DNA of 64,000 nt from Candidatus Parvarchaeota archaeon (GCA_030615175.1 JAUWZX010000001.1:652044-716043); one strand, 5' to 3'. Positions 9,970 to 20,903 are shown, counted from the first letter of the stretch. Notes: generated by a model from the letters alone, not told the origin. Numbers and translations: made by a program.

Positions 9970-10926
9970 TTAATTATCTTTATGCTTTAAATACCATTTA
10001 ATGAATTTCCTGAAATAATAATTACTATTTCTCGCAGCATTAATGTTAAAGAATTTCTTAAGATTATTCAAGCCAATAAAATAATTAGTACTCGTCTCCC
10101 TGTTAAGAATGCAGTCAAAAATGTCAAGGTCAGAGTCAATCCCTGGTTTCTTAAGAATAGTGTAACCGCCGCCAACCTTAACAGAGTAATGAGCATCACT
10201 GCCCCCTGTCTCACAGCAATTAAGTACCCTGGCAAGCCCGTCCTTAAAATGAAAAGTTAAAGAATTAGTGATTTCAAGAGCGTGAAGGTAAAAACCTTTC
10301 TTATATAAATTCAAAATAGATTTAAGCCCAACACCATGAATTTCAGACAAGTAATGAGCAGGCATCACAGTAACAAAAAGACCCTGCCTCACCTCTTCAG
10401 GAATGGAGTAACCACGAATTACTTTATGACCATCATTTAATTTATCCTGAGCCTGAATTAATTCCTCTAAAGATAAGTTCTTATCCTTAAAGACTTTAGG
10501 AAGCATTTCAGCACTCTTAGCATTATCAGGATTAACACCCCAGAAGTGAACAAGCATGTGCCCTCCCTTAATGCCTGGACTATTCTTACTATCAATCTCC
10601 ATTCCATAAGTAACGATTAAGGATGAATCCAGCTCACGCTTAATGCGTTCAACTTCATTAACCACTTCCTTTAAATTAAACACGCTGTGATGAGGAGTCA
10701 TGCTGATAGCACTCAAACCCCTCTTATCAGCCAGGTAAATCAATTGTTTAATATCAGGCAGATTACTGCCAGAATCAGGAGTGTAGTCAGGGTGAACATG
10801 GTCATCCCAGCAGGGATGCCCTTCATTTAACACCTGCCTCTTAACATTTAATAATGATTTAAAGAAGTAGTTAACACCTAACTTAAATGTTTTAAAAGGC
10901 GTGAATTCATTTAAGAAAACAGTCAT
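9970..10926 (-). CDS. PHP-domain metal-dependent phosphoesterase
   Basis: DDHVH, GMEI, GHML, PAH, GGSDAH. Confidence 0.85.
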   Translation of the reverse strand: MTVFLNEFTPFKTFKLGVNYFFKSLLNVKRQVLNEGHPCWDDHVHPDYTPDSGSNLPDIKQLIYLADKRGLSAISMTPHHSVFNLKEVVNEVERIKRELDSSLIVTYGMEIDSKNSPGIKGGHMLVHFWGVNPDNAKSAEMLPKVFKDKNLSLEELIQAQDKLNDGHKVIRGYSIPEEVRQGLFVTVMPAHYLSEIHGVGLKSILNLYKKGFYLHALEITNSLTFHFKDGLARVLNCCETGGSDAHYSVKVGGGYTILKKPGIDSDLDIFDCILNRETSTNYFIGLNNLKKFFNINAARNSNYYFRKFIKWYLKHKDN

Positions 10927-10973
10927 CTTCAATTAAAAAAAGAGAGTATTAACTTTAAAATATTTATATACTC

Positions 10974-11538
10974 GCGACAGGCAATTTTAACCTTTCTTTA
11001 ATTGATTAATAAGAGTCTTATACAAATTCTTATAAGTGCTCTTGTAAGACTTCCTGCGCTCTGCTTCCAAATCATCTATAACCTTTGTTCCACGCCAAGA
11101 AGTTCGTTTACTAACCCCTTTTAAAGGCTTGTACTCTTCTGTAAGTTCTCCACCATACCTGAAAAAGTCATCCAGGAACTCAGCCCAAGACACTTTTCTC
11201 TTATCTTTAAGAGCTAAATCATAACCCCTGCTGGTGATTACGTTAAAGGTTGCAAGATTAATAGATATTCCAACCTCTTTCTGGTATTCTAAGAAAATCT
11301 CATTTAAACCCATAACCTTTGGAACATACCAGTCAGGCAACTTAGCATCATACTTGTCAAAAACATCTTTAATAAAACCAGACCCTTGATTAATAACACC
11401 ATCCAAAAACTTCTTCTTACTCAAAACTTTTTCCATAAATAATTAAACACAACAAAGATTTAAAAGATATTGCAAATGAGTATAAAGGATTTTTGTTAAA
11501 ATATTATGTTTATAAATATATACCAGCGACAGGCAATT
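10974..11538 (+). repeat. 13-bp direct repeat GCGACAGGCAATT (10974-10986 and 11526-11538)
   Basis: Exact match read from the sequence. Confidence 0.7.
10987..11436 (-). CDS. Hypothetical protein
   Basis: 149-aa ATG ORF flanked by a 13-bp direct repeat. Confidence 0.65.
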   Translation of the reverse strand: MEKVLSKKKFLDGVINQGSGFIKDVFDKYDAKLPDWYVPKVMGLNEIFLEYQKEVGISINLATFNVITSRGYDLALKDKRKVSWAEFLDDFFRYGGELTEEYKPLKGVSKRTSWRGTKVIDDLEAERRKSYKSTYKNLYKTLINQLKKG

Positions 11539-11570
11539 AATAAAAAGGTTTAAAAAATTTAGATTAGACA

Positions 11571-13079
11571 ATGAAAATAGTTTACATTGGAGCAGGCTCA
11601 TTCCGCTTCTCAATATTCTTATTCTCAGACATCTGCCGGGCAGTAGAGATGTCACCCTTAGAAACCTGGTTAGTGGACATTGATAAAACATCATTAGAAC
11701 TCATGACAGGAGTGCTTAAGAATATGGCTGGAAAAGCAAAACGCAGAAACGGGATTGAAATTAAAGTACACTCCACAACAGACAGGATTAAAGCATTAGA
11801 AAACGCTGATGTAATATATAAGAGCATTTCAATTGGTATTCAGGCGCCTGAATGGTTTGATATTTACCTGCCATTAAAATTTGGAATCCCGCAGAATTCA
11901 GGCGGCGGATCAGGAGACTTACTTAGGAGTTTAAGAACTGACCCTGTAGTAGCTGACATAGTCCGCGACGTGAAGAAGTATTGCCCTAAAGCACTCTTAC
12001 TCAATTACACGAATCCAATGTGCACCGGCGTAATGACGGCGAAAACCACTGCACCTGAAGTTCAATTCATTGGCTTATGTCATGAATTATTTGGCGGAAT
12101 GAAAACACTAAATAAATGGTATAATAAGAAAATGAATGGTAAAGTAATGGATTGGAGGGATTTTGACATTGAATACGCTGGAATCAATCACTTCACTTTC
12201 TTAACAAAATTTGAATACCAGGGCAAAGACTTGTATCCGGAATTAAGAGCGCAGGCTCACCAATTAGTTCTTAAAAAATTCAATAAGAGAGGTTATAATT
12301 TTCACTTGCTGGAAAAGTATGGATACTTCCCTTACGCTGGCAGCCGGCACTTGGCAGAAGCCCTGCCTGATTATGATAATTACTTTAATTATAAAATACA
12401 GAGTCCTTACTGGAAGTTTCCGGTAATCCGCGACGTCTCAGGACTTAGCAGGATGAGGAAGTGGTTTTATAAATTCTATAAAATGATTGATAAAGGATTA
12501 ATCGTGCCAAAACCAAGGGATACCAGGGAAAAAGCAATAAACATGACTTTAGACTGGATGGATAGTTTTACAAACGACAATAATACTAATCACGTGGTAA
12601 ACATTCCTAACAAGCATCCGGGATTAGGAGTCATAGTCCCTCAACTGCCAGAGGACTGTATTGTTGAAGTGCCGGCTTACTTTAAAAACGGTGAAATCAC
12701 TCCAATAAAAAATATTGACCTGCCAGAAGAAGTAGCATGTCTTGTCCGCCCGCATGCAGAACAACAGAGGTGCAAGGTTAATGCCTCGCTTGGCAACAGT
12801 CTGGAATCATGCATAACTGCCATGCAGCATGACCTGATGGCTAATTGGATTGAAGATGATGATAAAATTGAATATTTAACCAAACTCATGTTATTCTATG
12901 AAAAACAATGGCTGCCAGAGGAGTGGAGTGAATGGATTCCAACCAGTGCAGAGCTTAAGGAATCAAAGTGGTGGGTGTCGCCAAAAGAACTCTCTAGAAA
13001 AGGAAACGCTTACCTGAAAATAAAATTCCCGCCAGACGAGAGATTAAGGAAAAAAGCATTCTTTTGGGATTATATATGA
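11571..13079 (+). CDS. Glycoside hydrolase family 4 (NAD-dependent alpha-galactosidase/glucosidase-like)
   Basis: KIVYIGAGS, LNYTNPM, GLCH, AGINHF, VEVPA. Confidence 0.92.
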   Translation: MKIVYIGAGSFRFSIFLFSDICRAVEMSPLETWLVDIDKTSLELMTGVLKNMAGKAKRRNGIEIKVHSTTDRIKALENADVIYKSISIGIQAPEWFDIYLPLKFGIPQNSGGGSGDLLRSLRTDPVVADIVRDVKKYCPKALLLNYTNPMCTGVMTAKTTAPEVQFIGLCHELFGGMKTLNKWYNKKMNGKVMDWRDFDIEYAGINHFTFLTKFEYQGKDLYPELRAQAHQLVLKKFNKRGYNFHLLEKYGYFPYAGSRHLAEALPDYDNYFNYKIQSPYWKFPVIRDVSGLSRMRKWFYKFYKMIDKGLIVPKPRDTREKAINMTLDWMDSFTNDNNTNHVVNIPNKHPGLGVIVPQLPEDCIVEVPAYFKNGEITPIKNIDLPEEVACLVRPHAEQQRCKVNASLGNSLESCITAMQHDLMANWIEDDDKIEYLTKLMLFYEKQWLPEEWSEWIPTSAELKESKWWVSPKELSRKGNAYLKIKFPPDERLRKKAFFWDYI

Positions 13080-14494
13080 ATACCATTGTTATTCTTGCTG
13101 ACAGTTTCAGAGCAGACCATCTCGGGTGTTATGCAAAATATATAGATGAATCCAAGAACAAGGGTCTTGGTCCTACACTGCCTGTGAAGACGCCCAGTCT
13201 TGACAGACTAGCGAAAGAAAGCTCATTATTTTATCATGCTTATCCGGAAAGCATGCCTTCAATTCCTGTGAGGACTTCATTATTCACAGGGAGATATACT
13301 TTTCCTTTCAGGAGGATTCTTAAGAAGAAAGATATACTCTTGTCAGACGTTCTTGGAAGGAATGGTGTGGAAACAGGATTAGTTACAGACTTGTGGGTTT
13401 TGTTCCGGTTTAATTATGATAGGGGTTTTAAATCAAAGAAGTTCATTCAGGGCCAGAAATATGATTTTGCAAAGACTTCCAGCTGCTATAAATACAAAAA
13501 GAAAGAGGGAGGAACTCTGGAGAAATTTTTATTGAAATTAAACGGCTTAAAAGAGTTTGGAAGAGAATTAACTAATAAACCTACCATAAACTGGCTGAAA
13601 GGGCTTGTAAAGGATGGTATATTCAAGCGCGAGCAGGATACTTTTGTTGCAAGGACGATGAGGGCAGCAGAATCCTATCTTGACAATCATAAAGGAGAAG
13701 ATAATCTGTTCCTGTGGGTTGACAGTCTTGACCCTCATGAACCGTGGAATCCTCCGCCTCCTTTTAACAGAATGTACAACAAGGATTATGATGGTATGGA
13801 CATCATTTCTCCTGAGCAAGGACTTATTAAAAATTATTTAAGCAGGGAAGAATTATTTAACACGCGCTCCCTTTACGCAGGTGAAATAAGTCTTGTTGAC
13901 AAATACGTCGGCAAGTTCGTGACATACTTAAAAGAGGAAGGGTTGCTGGACAACTCACTTCTCATATTCCTTTCCGACCACGGCGAACCCCTTGGCGAGA
14001 AACATGGAGAACTTCATGAACGAATAATAAAGAAAGCAAGACCATGGCTGTATCAGGAATTAATAAGGATTCCTCTTATGATAAGGCATCCTGAAGGTTA
14101 TGGTGCGGGGGAAAGCATTGGCAGCATGGTACAGACTTGTGACATAATGCCTACAATACTTGATTACATGAATGTGGAAGGGCCTTCAGTGATGGACGGG
14201 GAAAGCCTTATCCCGCTAATTAAGGGAGAGAAGGATAAAATCAGGGATTATGCTTACATTGGGAAATTCGGTCAGTCCTGGAGTATCAGGACGCCGGAAT
14301 ACAGTTTCCACAGGTGGATGAAAGACCCTCCTGAATTATATAACCTGACTAATGACTTATATGAAAAAAATAATATAATCAGGGAAGAGTTCGGCATTGC
14401 AAAAAAACTTGATTCCGAGCTTGAAGGTTTCATAAAAGAATTATGGAAAAAGCATTCTCATGAAAAGAAAAGACAAAGGTTCGGTTTATGGTGA
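13076..14494 (+). CDS. Sulfatase (Ser-type signature)
   Basis: ILADSFRADHLGCY, SIPVRTSLFTGRY, DPHEPW, SDHGE; ATGA overlap with the GH4 gene. Confidence 0.92.
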   Translation: MNTIVILADSFRADHLGCYAKYIDESKNKGLGPTLPVKTPSLDRLAKESSLFYHAYPESMPSIPVRTSLFTGRYTFPFRRILKKKDILLSDVLGRNGVETGLVTDLWVLFRFNYDRGFKSKKFIQGQKYDFAKTSSCYKYKKKEGGTLEKFLLKLNGLKEFGRELTNKPTINWLKGLVKDGIFKREQDTFVARTMRAAESYLDNHKGEDNLFLWVDSLDPHEPWNPPPPFNRMYNKDYDGMDIISPEQGLIKNYLSREELFNTRSLYAGEISLVDKYVGKFVTYLKEEGLLDNSLLIFLSDHGEPLGEKHGELHERIIKKARPWLYQELIRIPLMIRHPEGYGAGESIGSMVQTCDIMPTILDYMNVEGPSVMDGESLIPLIKGEKDKIRDYAYIGKFGQSWSIRTPEYSFHRWMKDPPELYNLTNDLYEKNNIIREEFGIAKKLDSELEGFIKELWKKHSHEKKRQRFGLW

Positions 14495-14499
14495 TAACC

Positions 14500-16971
14500 T
14501 TATTTGTTTTTCAAACATTTTTTCATCACAGTATAAATGCCAAAAGGCTCTATTTCTAATTCATCTGCCTGCTCTTCATCTTCCTCTAACAGGTTAACAA
14601 GAGAAAACCCTTCAGGCAAAGAGATTTTTCTTTCATTATTAGTATAATTGAACAGTCTGTACACAATTGAATCCGAATCCTCTGCTTTTTTCACAGCAGA
14701 AACCATAACTCCGTCTACTCCAAAATCCAGGAAACAGTTTTCCAGGGGCAGTTTCCCATCCTGGGAAGATATTCTCTCCGCGTGTATAGGATTATTAAAT
14801 TCCTCTCCTGTCTTGTAAGAATCACTTTTTGAAATACAGTACTCAAACACGTACTCTCCTTTCATCATGCCTTTTGGTGTTGGTAATCCCAAATCCGGGC
14901 TCATACACTTCTCTCCAACAACCCTCATACTCCTCAATAACCCCATCTCCAGCACGCCGTGCTCCAGTTTATGCTCAACAACACCCTTGTTCGCAACAGT
15001 AACGCCGCCCACTCTCACATAATTCACTGCTGGAAAAATCTGCCCTTCCCTTGTCTCCAGCTCGCCATAAGGAATCTGCCTGTAGAAATCACCTTCCACG
15101 CCCTCAAAGCATGCATTAATTTTTGAAAGACTTCCATCATGAACTATCCTTGTCTTAAAATCTATTCTTCCAAAATCCCTTAAAACAACTTCCTGCACCA
15201 CCTCGTCCCCGCCAATCATGCCTTTTATAACTATTTTCCCGGAACCAGATTCGCACTCCACACTTGACAAACCCTCAACTCTTTTTCTTTTCTTATCATA
15301 AAAATACCCGCCGCCCCTCTTCAATTCATCCAATGAAAGATAACTATTATACACTTTACTGGTGCTCTTGTCAGTTATTTCCACTGCTCCATTTTCCCCA
15401 ACTTCAACTTTAAAGTCATTGTTTTCCATCAACCCTTTAACTTCACTATTTCCTTCCACTACCCTGACAGTAGTATACCCTATTGCAGGGATTTCTGGTG
15501 AAACAAACTCAACAATATTACCATCTCTTTGATAACTAATCTCTTCATCATTAACGTCAACCAGACTGAAATCACCATCAAAATCAACCTCCACTTTTAC
15601 AATACCCTTCCTGCTCCAACCTAACTGGTTAAAAAGAACAATGCCTTCCCCGTCACAATCAATGCTGCCAGCAATGAAACCGCCAGCTCTTTCAATAATG
15701 CTATCAAGAATAGAGTCGCACCTTCCATATCTCTCCATTGCCCTGTCATAAACCTCGTCAACATGACATCCGCATATCACGTCATGGAACTGGTTGACCA
15801 TGATTAATTCAAGAGAATTATCCAAACACTCTTTATCATATTCCTTTCCAAGAATGAAGGCTATTGTCCCCATTGTCTCAGCCAGTTTATACTTATTCTC
15901 CATCTCCCGGTTCTTCGTCTTGATATCCATTCTGGACGTGTACACGCCTGAAAGAGCAGGATTCAAGTCCCCGCTTAATATTGGAAGCCTGTTTCCTGCA
16001 TCTTTAAAATACTCCTCTATGCTTCCGTGAACAATATCATAACCCTTGTTTTTCAATGCCTTCATAATATTCTTCATTCTAGGGTGGGGGCGGCTGAAAT
16101 CAGCACCAAGCGGCAGGAGCACTGGCATGGACTCAAGCATGCCTAAACTCTTCTCAAGATGCATTTTTTCCGTAACCTTTGGCAGAAACCTGCCTGCACG
16201 CAGGAATTTATCCAGAACCTTTCTTAAACCCGGACGGTCATCAAGCACGCTCTCTGGTATTTTTTCAGGATAACGCAGATGCGCAATACCATACCCTGCT
16301 TTAATGAAATTGAAGATAACCTTATCCTCATTCAAACCCTTCCAGTAAAAATTTTCAGGGGTGCTCTCATGAACTCCTCTCCTGCCAACATAATAATCAA
16401 TACCTGATTTCTTCAATATCTGGGGAAGATTATTTGAGTGCCCGAAACTGTCAATATTCCAGCCAACTTTCACGTCCTTGCCAAATATCTTCCTTATCCT
16501 CTTCTTTCCAACAAGGACCTGCCTCACAAGGCTTTCACCGCAGGGGATATTCAAATCAGGCTGCACAAACATGCCTCCTACCGGCTCTACTCTCCCTTCA
16601 TCAACAAGTTTTTTTAAAAGCGTGAACTCAGCTTCCCTTCTCGGCAGGTGTGAAAGATTGTTATTGTTTATTATGTAATCCAACTCTTCTTTGGGCGGGT
16701 CATCCCTGTAATTGAGAAACAAGTTCCTGATAAATTCACTAAGATTCACTGGCTTCTCTCTTTCACCCTTAACGTATTCTTGAGACATTAAAGCATTATA
16801 AGCAAACAATGGCTGGTCCAGCACGAAATGCCTGTCAGGCTCTTTGTAAAGGGTGACAATAACATCCCTCATGATTGAAGAAGTGATTCTTGAGTAGCCT
16901 CCTTCCCATGTCTTAAGCCAGTCATGGTCCAGGTGCGAGTGCTCTGCCAGGAAGGCTTTTTTCTTTGGCAT
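14500..16971 (-). CDS. Glycoside hydrolase family 38 (alpha-mannosidase-like)
   Basis: HSHLDHDW, GESLVRQ, WNIDSFGHS, NQFHDVICG. Confidence 0.92.
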   Translation of the reverse strand: MPKKKAFLAEHSHLDHDWLKTWEGGYSRITSSIMRDVIVTLYKEPDRHFVLDQPLFAYNALMSQEYVKGEREKPVNLSEFIRNLFLNYRDDPPKEELDYIINNNNLSHLPRREAEFTLLKKLVDEGRVEPVGGMFVQPDLNIPCGESLVRQVLVGKKRIRKIFGKDVKVGWNIDSFGHSNNLPQILKKSGIDYYVGRRGVHESTPENFYWKGLNEDKVIFNFIKAGYGIAHLRYPEKIPESVLDDRPGLRKVLDKFLRAGRFLPKVTEKMHLEKSLGMLESMPVLLPLGADFSRPHPRMKNIMKALKNKGYDIVHGSIEEYFKDAGNRLPILSGDLNPALSGVYTSRMDIKTKNREMENKYKLAETMGTIAFILGKEYDKECLDNSLELIMVNQFHDVICGCHVDEVYDRAMERYGRCDSILDSIIERAGGFIAGSIDCDGEGIVLFNQLGWSRKGIVKVEVDFDGDFSLVDVNDEEISYQRDGNIVEFVSPEIPAIGYTTVRVVEGNSEVKGLMENNDFKVEVGENGAVEITDKSTSKVYNSYLSLDELKRGGGYFYDKKRKRVEGLSSVECESGSGKIVIKGMIGGDEVVQEVVLRDFGRIDFKTRIVHDGSLSKINACFEGVEGDFYRQIPYGELETREGQIFPAVNYVRVGGVTVANKGVVEHKLEHGVLEMGLLRSMRVVGEKCMSPDLGLPTPKGMMKGEYVFEYCISKSDSYKTGEEFNNPIHAERISSQDGKLPLENCFLDFGVDGVMVSAVKKAEDSDSIVYRLFNYTNNERKISLPEGFSLVNLLEEDEEQADELEIEPFGIYTVMKKCLKNK

Positions 16972-17036
16972 AAAAAATTGATAAATCAGCATAATATAAA
17001 AGTTTATAATTTTGAGGAATACTAAAAGAGTCAGAA

Positions 17037-19430
17037 ATGAAAGCAGTAATAATTGATAAATTAAAAGGCTTGGATGACTGCTTATTCACTGAACCTGTTT
17101 TAATACCAAAACCAAAAGAGGTTCATAAATTAAGTAATCATGCGTACTCACTAACACCTGAATCAACAATTAGTCACGTTAATATTGAAGAAAGCAATGA
17201 CTTGGAAGGCTTATTAGATGCTGATAATGAGGAAGCATATAATTTAGAAGTTAAGGATGAAAGAGTAAGGATTTACTCTAATCATGAGAAAGGACTGTAT
17301 TATGGAATGCAGACTTTAATCCAGTTAATGAAGAATACGCGTTTAATTCCTGAAATAAGAATAAGGGATGCGCCTGACTTTAAAGTCAGGGGAGTGGCGC
17401 AGGACATATCACGAGGACAGGTTTTCACTATTGAAAACGCTAAGAGGTACATCAAGGTTTTAAGCCATTATAAGATGAACACGTACTGCCTCTACCTTGA
17501 AGACATGTTCGCTCACCCGAAACACCCTTTAATAGGCAGTAACCGCGGGGCACTGACAGTAGAGGAAGTAAAGGAATTAGATGAGTATGCAAGAAAACAT
17601 TACATTGAATTAATACCTATTTTCGAATGTTTCGGGCATGCAGATAACATATTAACTCATAAGGAATACGCGCATTTAGGCGAGTTCCCTGGAGCTCAAT
17701 GCTTTGATGCTTCAAACCCTGAGTATTATTCATTCATTAATGATTATATTTCATTATTAAGTGAAACGTTCTCCACTGACTGCTTTCATATAGGGTGTGA
17801 TGAGAGTTTTGATTTTGGCAGGCTGCGAACCAGAGGCTTGGTTAAGGAAAAAGGCAGGAGCACAGCATTAACTGAGGTGTATGAGAGGATATATGAAATC
17901 ACTAAAAGGAATGGTAATAAACACATCATAATGTATGATGATGTATTAAGACTGGATAAGGGGATTCAAAGAAAATTGAATAAGGACATAATCTTAATGT
18001 ACTGGAATTATGCTTCTAAAAAAAGGCATCCAAGTTTAAAGAAGTATTTAAACGCAGGCTTTAAAGTCATAGTCAGTCCATCAATGCTTAATTTACAGAG
18101 AAATTTTCCTGACAATAAGAATTCAAGCAGTAACATAATAAATTTTGTGAAAACAGCTTATGATTACAGGGATAGGGGCTGCCTGGGCGTGTTGACTTCC
18201 ACATGGCAGGGTCAGAGGTTTCATTCACTGCGGGAAAACGAGGTATTCGGGGCAGTTCTCACTGCAGGGGTTTCATGGAGTACTAAAGGATTTGATTATG
18301 AAACATTTAAACAGGATTACGGGCACTTATTTTACGGTATTAAGAAAGAAAAATTAAAGTCATTTAATGAATTATTCACTCTTTTAAGTTCATCTGCATC
18401 AAAGTATTATTTAAAATTCCTTAATATACCATTAACTACAATACACCCTCCGTTTGGCACTTACATGTTTAAACATCCTTTAATTAGGAAGAATGATTTT
18501 GAAGAATTAGGTGATTTAGGCGTTAAGTGTTTAAGGTTATATGATGAACTTAAGCCAGGCGTGTTATTTGAACGTGAAAACTTTGAGTGCATGGAATTCG
18601 GCGCTGAACTGGCAAAGTACTTGGGGAATAATAAGAAAGAGGATGCCAGTTACATTAGGGATAGATATGAGGAATTATGGTTGAGAGCTGCTAAGAGGCC
18701 TGGTCTGGATGAAATACTGAAACGCTTTGACACGTTAATCAGGCAGTATGATGAGGAAGCCGTTAAAGATCCTTATCTGCCATCTGAATGGATTTGGGCT
18801 AGAGAGAAGACCTGCCCTGTTAAACCGCGTTATTTCAGGAAGGTAATTGAGATTGATGGGCCGGTAAAGAAAGCGGTTATTCAGGGGGTTGCCTGCAATC
18901 AAATGAATGTTTATGTAAACAATCATTATGTTGGGGATGTTTTTTCAAGATTCTCATTATCCGTTCTCCCTGTTAAGAACAGGGTTAAGGCGTGGGATGT
19001 GACAAGATATTTGAATGAGGGTAAGAATGTTATTGCTATCAAAGCATTTAATTATGAGGGATTTAAGGGTGCTGTTAATCTTTATGGTCAAATCCAATTA
19101 AGCGGTGATTCATTAATTAAGGAAATAAAAACTGACAGGACGTGGGTTACTCAGAAGAAGATGATATATAATAGTGATGATTGGAGGCAGTTAAGTTTTA
19201 ATGATGATGACTGGAGAACAGCTAGATCTTACGGTCGCCCGCCAGAGTATAATGGCGACATCTATACGCCTGATTTATTAAGCGGAGAAGTTTCAGATAC
19301 TCAGGATTATTTTGGAGTGCAGGGGCATTTTTATCATTTATTAAGGAATACTGCAGGCAGTTTCCTGACTCGTTTAATAAAGCCATTTATTCCAAAAATC
19401 ATTAAGAGTTTAAAGCCTCGCATTAACTGA
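17037..19430 (+). CDS. Glycoside hydrolase family 20 (hexosaminidase-like) with a C-terminal beta-sandwich domain
   Basis: RGVAQDISRG, FGH, FHIGCDE; C-terminal WIW..YFRK..VYVN..LNEGKNVIAI. Confidence 0.9.
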   Translation: MKAVIIDKLKGLDDCLFTEPVLIPKPKEVHKLSNHAYSLTPESTISHVNIEESNDLEGLLDADNEEAYNLEVKDERVRIYSNHEKGLYYGMQTLIQLMKNTRLIPEIRIRDAPDFKVRGVAQDISRGQVFTIENAKRYIKVLSHYKMNTYCLYLEDMFAHPKHPLIGSNRGALTVEEVKELDEYARKHYIELIPIFECFGHADNILTHKEYAHLGEFPGAQCFDASNPEYYSFINDYISLLSETFSTDCFHIGCDESFDFGRLRTRGLVKEKGRSTALTEVYERIYEITKRNGNKHIIMYDDVLRLDKGIQRKLNKDIILMYWNYASKKRHPSLKKYLNAGFKVIVSPSMLNLQRNFPDNKNSSSNIINFVKTAYDYRDRGCLGVLTSTWQGQRFHSLRENEVFGAVLTAGVSWSTKGFDYETFKQDYGHLFYGIKKEKLKSFNELFTLLSSSASKYYLKFLNIPLTTIHPPFGTYMFKHPLIRKNDFEELGDLGVKCLRLYDELKPGVLFERENFECMEFGAELAKYLGNNKKEDASYIRDRYEELWLRAAKRPGLDEILKRFDTLIRQYDEEAVKDPYLPSEWIWAREKTCPVKPRYFRKVIEIDGPVKKAVIQGVACNQMNVYVNNHYVGDVFSRFSLSVLPVKNRVKAWDVTRYLNEGKNVIAIKAFNYEGFKGAVNLYGQIQLSGDSLIKEIKTDRTWVTQKKMIYNSDDWRQLSFNDDDWRTARSYGRPPEYNGDIYTPDLLSGEVSDTQDYFGVQGHFYHLLRNTAGSFLTRLIKPFIPKIIKSLKPRIN

Positions 19431-19491
19431 CTCATATATTATAAAAAATGAGTGTGGGGGACGTGGAATAACAAAAATAGAAGTTCACGAA

Positions 19492-20226
19492 TCACTTTTC
19501 ATCTTCCGTTCTCTTTGCTTCATCAACCTTTCTTGCTAAAAGACTCGTAAACATTATATATTCTAATGCCTTGTCAAGATTATCAAGTGTTATATCACTA
19601 TGAGCTTTGGGGTCACGTACACCCATAACAGCACCAGCAAAAAGACTTTGAAATCCTTGTTGCTCCGTTTTTTCAGTATCTGTTCTTAATTCATTAATTT
19701 TTAATTTTGGGTGAGTAACACTAAAGACCTTACGCATTAACTTCGCCCCATCTAATTCCTTTCCACTTTTTTTGTCCTTAGGCCTGCCAGTCTTTTCCTT
19801 AACTAAATTAATGATTCGCTTACTTGAAGCAAAGATGGCCTCAGCATAATGACCATTTCGAAATAACTTTTCTGAAACTTTTTTAATTTCAGGATGGATA
19901 TCCAGTATTTTATAAAGTTCATATGGATTGCTTGCTTTAATAACTTCAACCTTTCCACTCTTACTCCAAGGATATGGTTTTCCGCATTTATGACAAAATT
20001 TTGGAACGGGCACAGAGTAAACAGAAGCAACCCCACCCCTAACCCAAAGTTTTCCTTTGATTCCTTCTTGGCAGTTAGGGCATCTATGAATTGTTTCTGC
20101 ACCACATTCCTCACAAAAATTTCTGCGTAGTCTTGGATTCGATATATGATACTGTGTAATCTTGTGACCATTCAGACATACTTGCATAGTATCCTGAAAT
20201 CTTCCATCATGTCCATAATGAATCAT
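19492..20226 (-). CDS. DUF2321-like zinc domain fused to a TIGR02391 (Ymh-like) domain
   Basis: QVCLNGH, FCEECG, CPNC, FCHKCGKPYPW; LFRNGHYAEAIF, LDGAKLM, EQQGF..LFAGA..RDPKAH. Confidence 0.85.
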   Translation of the reverse strand: MIHYGHDGRFQDTMQVCLNGHKITQYHISNPRLRRNFCEECGAETIHRCPNCQEGIKGKLWVRGGVASVYSVPVPKFCHKCGKPYPWSKSGKVEVIKASNPYELYKILDIHPEIKKVSEKLFRNGHYAEAIFASSKRIINLVKEKTGRPKDKKSGKELDGAKLMRKVFSVTHPKLKINELRTDTEKTEQQGFQSLFAGAVMGVRDPKAHSDITLDNLDKALEYIMFTSLLARKVDEAKRTEDEK

Positions 20227-20876
20227 ACGTCACACGCCCTTCGTGCGGCCTTTACTGTTGGCGCCCTTCCCTCAGGAGCATTAATTGAATCACTCATTGA
20301 CTTTACAATTTGTTTAACTTTTTCAATTTCCTTTAATCTACTGGCGAATTTTTCTTTGCCCCTAGTTATGGCTTTATTGAGCTCCATTAAAATGATTTTT
20401 GGGTGTGATAACTCTGAGAGATTAATATATTCAAGGTTGACAGTTTCTTCAACCCTATCCATCCAAACATACCAGCCCTCAAGTCCTCTTGGAAATAAGA
20501 AGAAATTAAATATAACTTCATGACTAACACCTTCCTCATCTTCAAAAGAGTCAGACGTTTGCCCTATTTTTACTGATGCATCAAACTTTTTAAGAATAGG
20601 AGCTATCAAGTCAAATAATTCTTTATACTTCTTGTGAATACTTTCTTCAGTGATTGTTTTTTCAATGTCCATCGTAATGCTTTTTAAGACATCCTCAGTT
20701 AATTTAGAAATATTGATATTTTGGCTGCGAGCTCTTTCAATTACTCTTTTATCAACACTCAAGTTCAACTTTTGCTTTTCAGGTCTTTCGCCCATGAATA
20801 AAGGGAAATTGAATCTATTTAAATACTTTTTGATTTTGTCAAATTTATTTAAATAGTTTTCGATACTTTTCGGCAC
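20223..20876 (-). CDS. Ribbon-helix-helix (CcdA/DUF6364-like) DNA-binding protein
   Basis: KQKLNLSVDKRVIERARSQNINISKLTEDVL; GGAG RBS before the GTG; alternative ATG at 20795. Confidence 0.7.
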   Translation of the reverse strand: MPKSIENYLNKFDKIKKYLNRFNFPLFMGERPEKQKLNLSVDKRVIERARSQNINISKLTEDVLKSITMDIEKTITEESIHKKYKELFDLIAPILKKFDASVKIGQTSDSFEDEEGVSHEVIFNFFLFPRGLEGWYVWMDRVEETVNLEYINLSELSHPKIILMELNKAITRGKEKFASRLKEIEKVKQIVKSMSDSINAPEGRAPTVKAARRACDV

Positions 20877-20883
20877 TTATACT

Positions 20884-20903
20884 CCTTACAAGGTCTTACA
20901 AGG
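20884..20903. promoter_or_regulatory. Putative operator: tandem quasi-palindromes CCTTACAAGG and TCTTACAAGG
   Basis: Directly upstream of, and touching, the RBS of the RHH gene. Confidence 0.45.
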
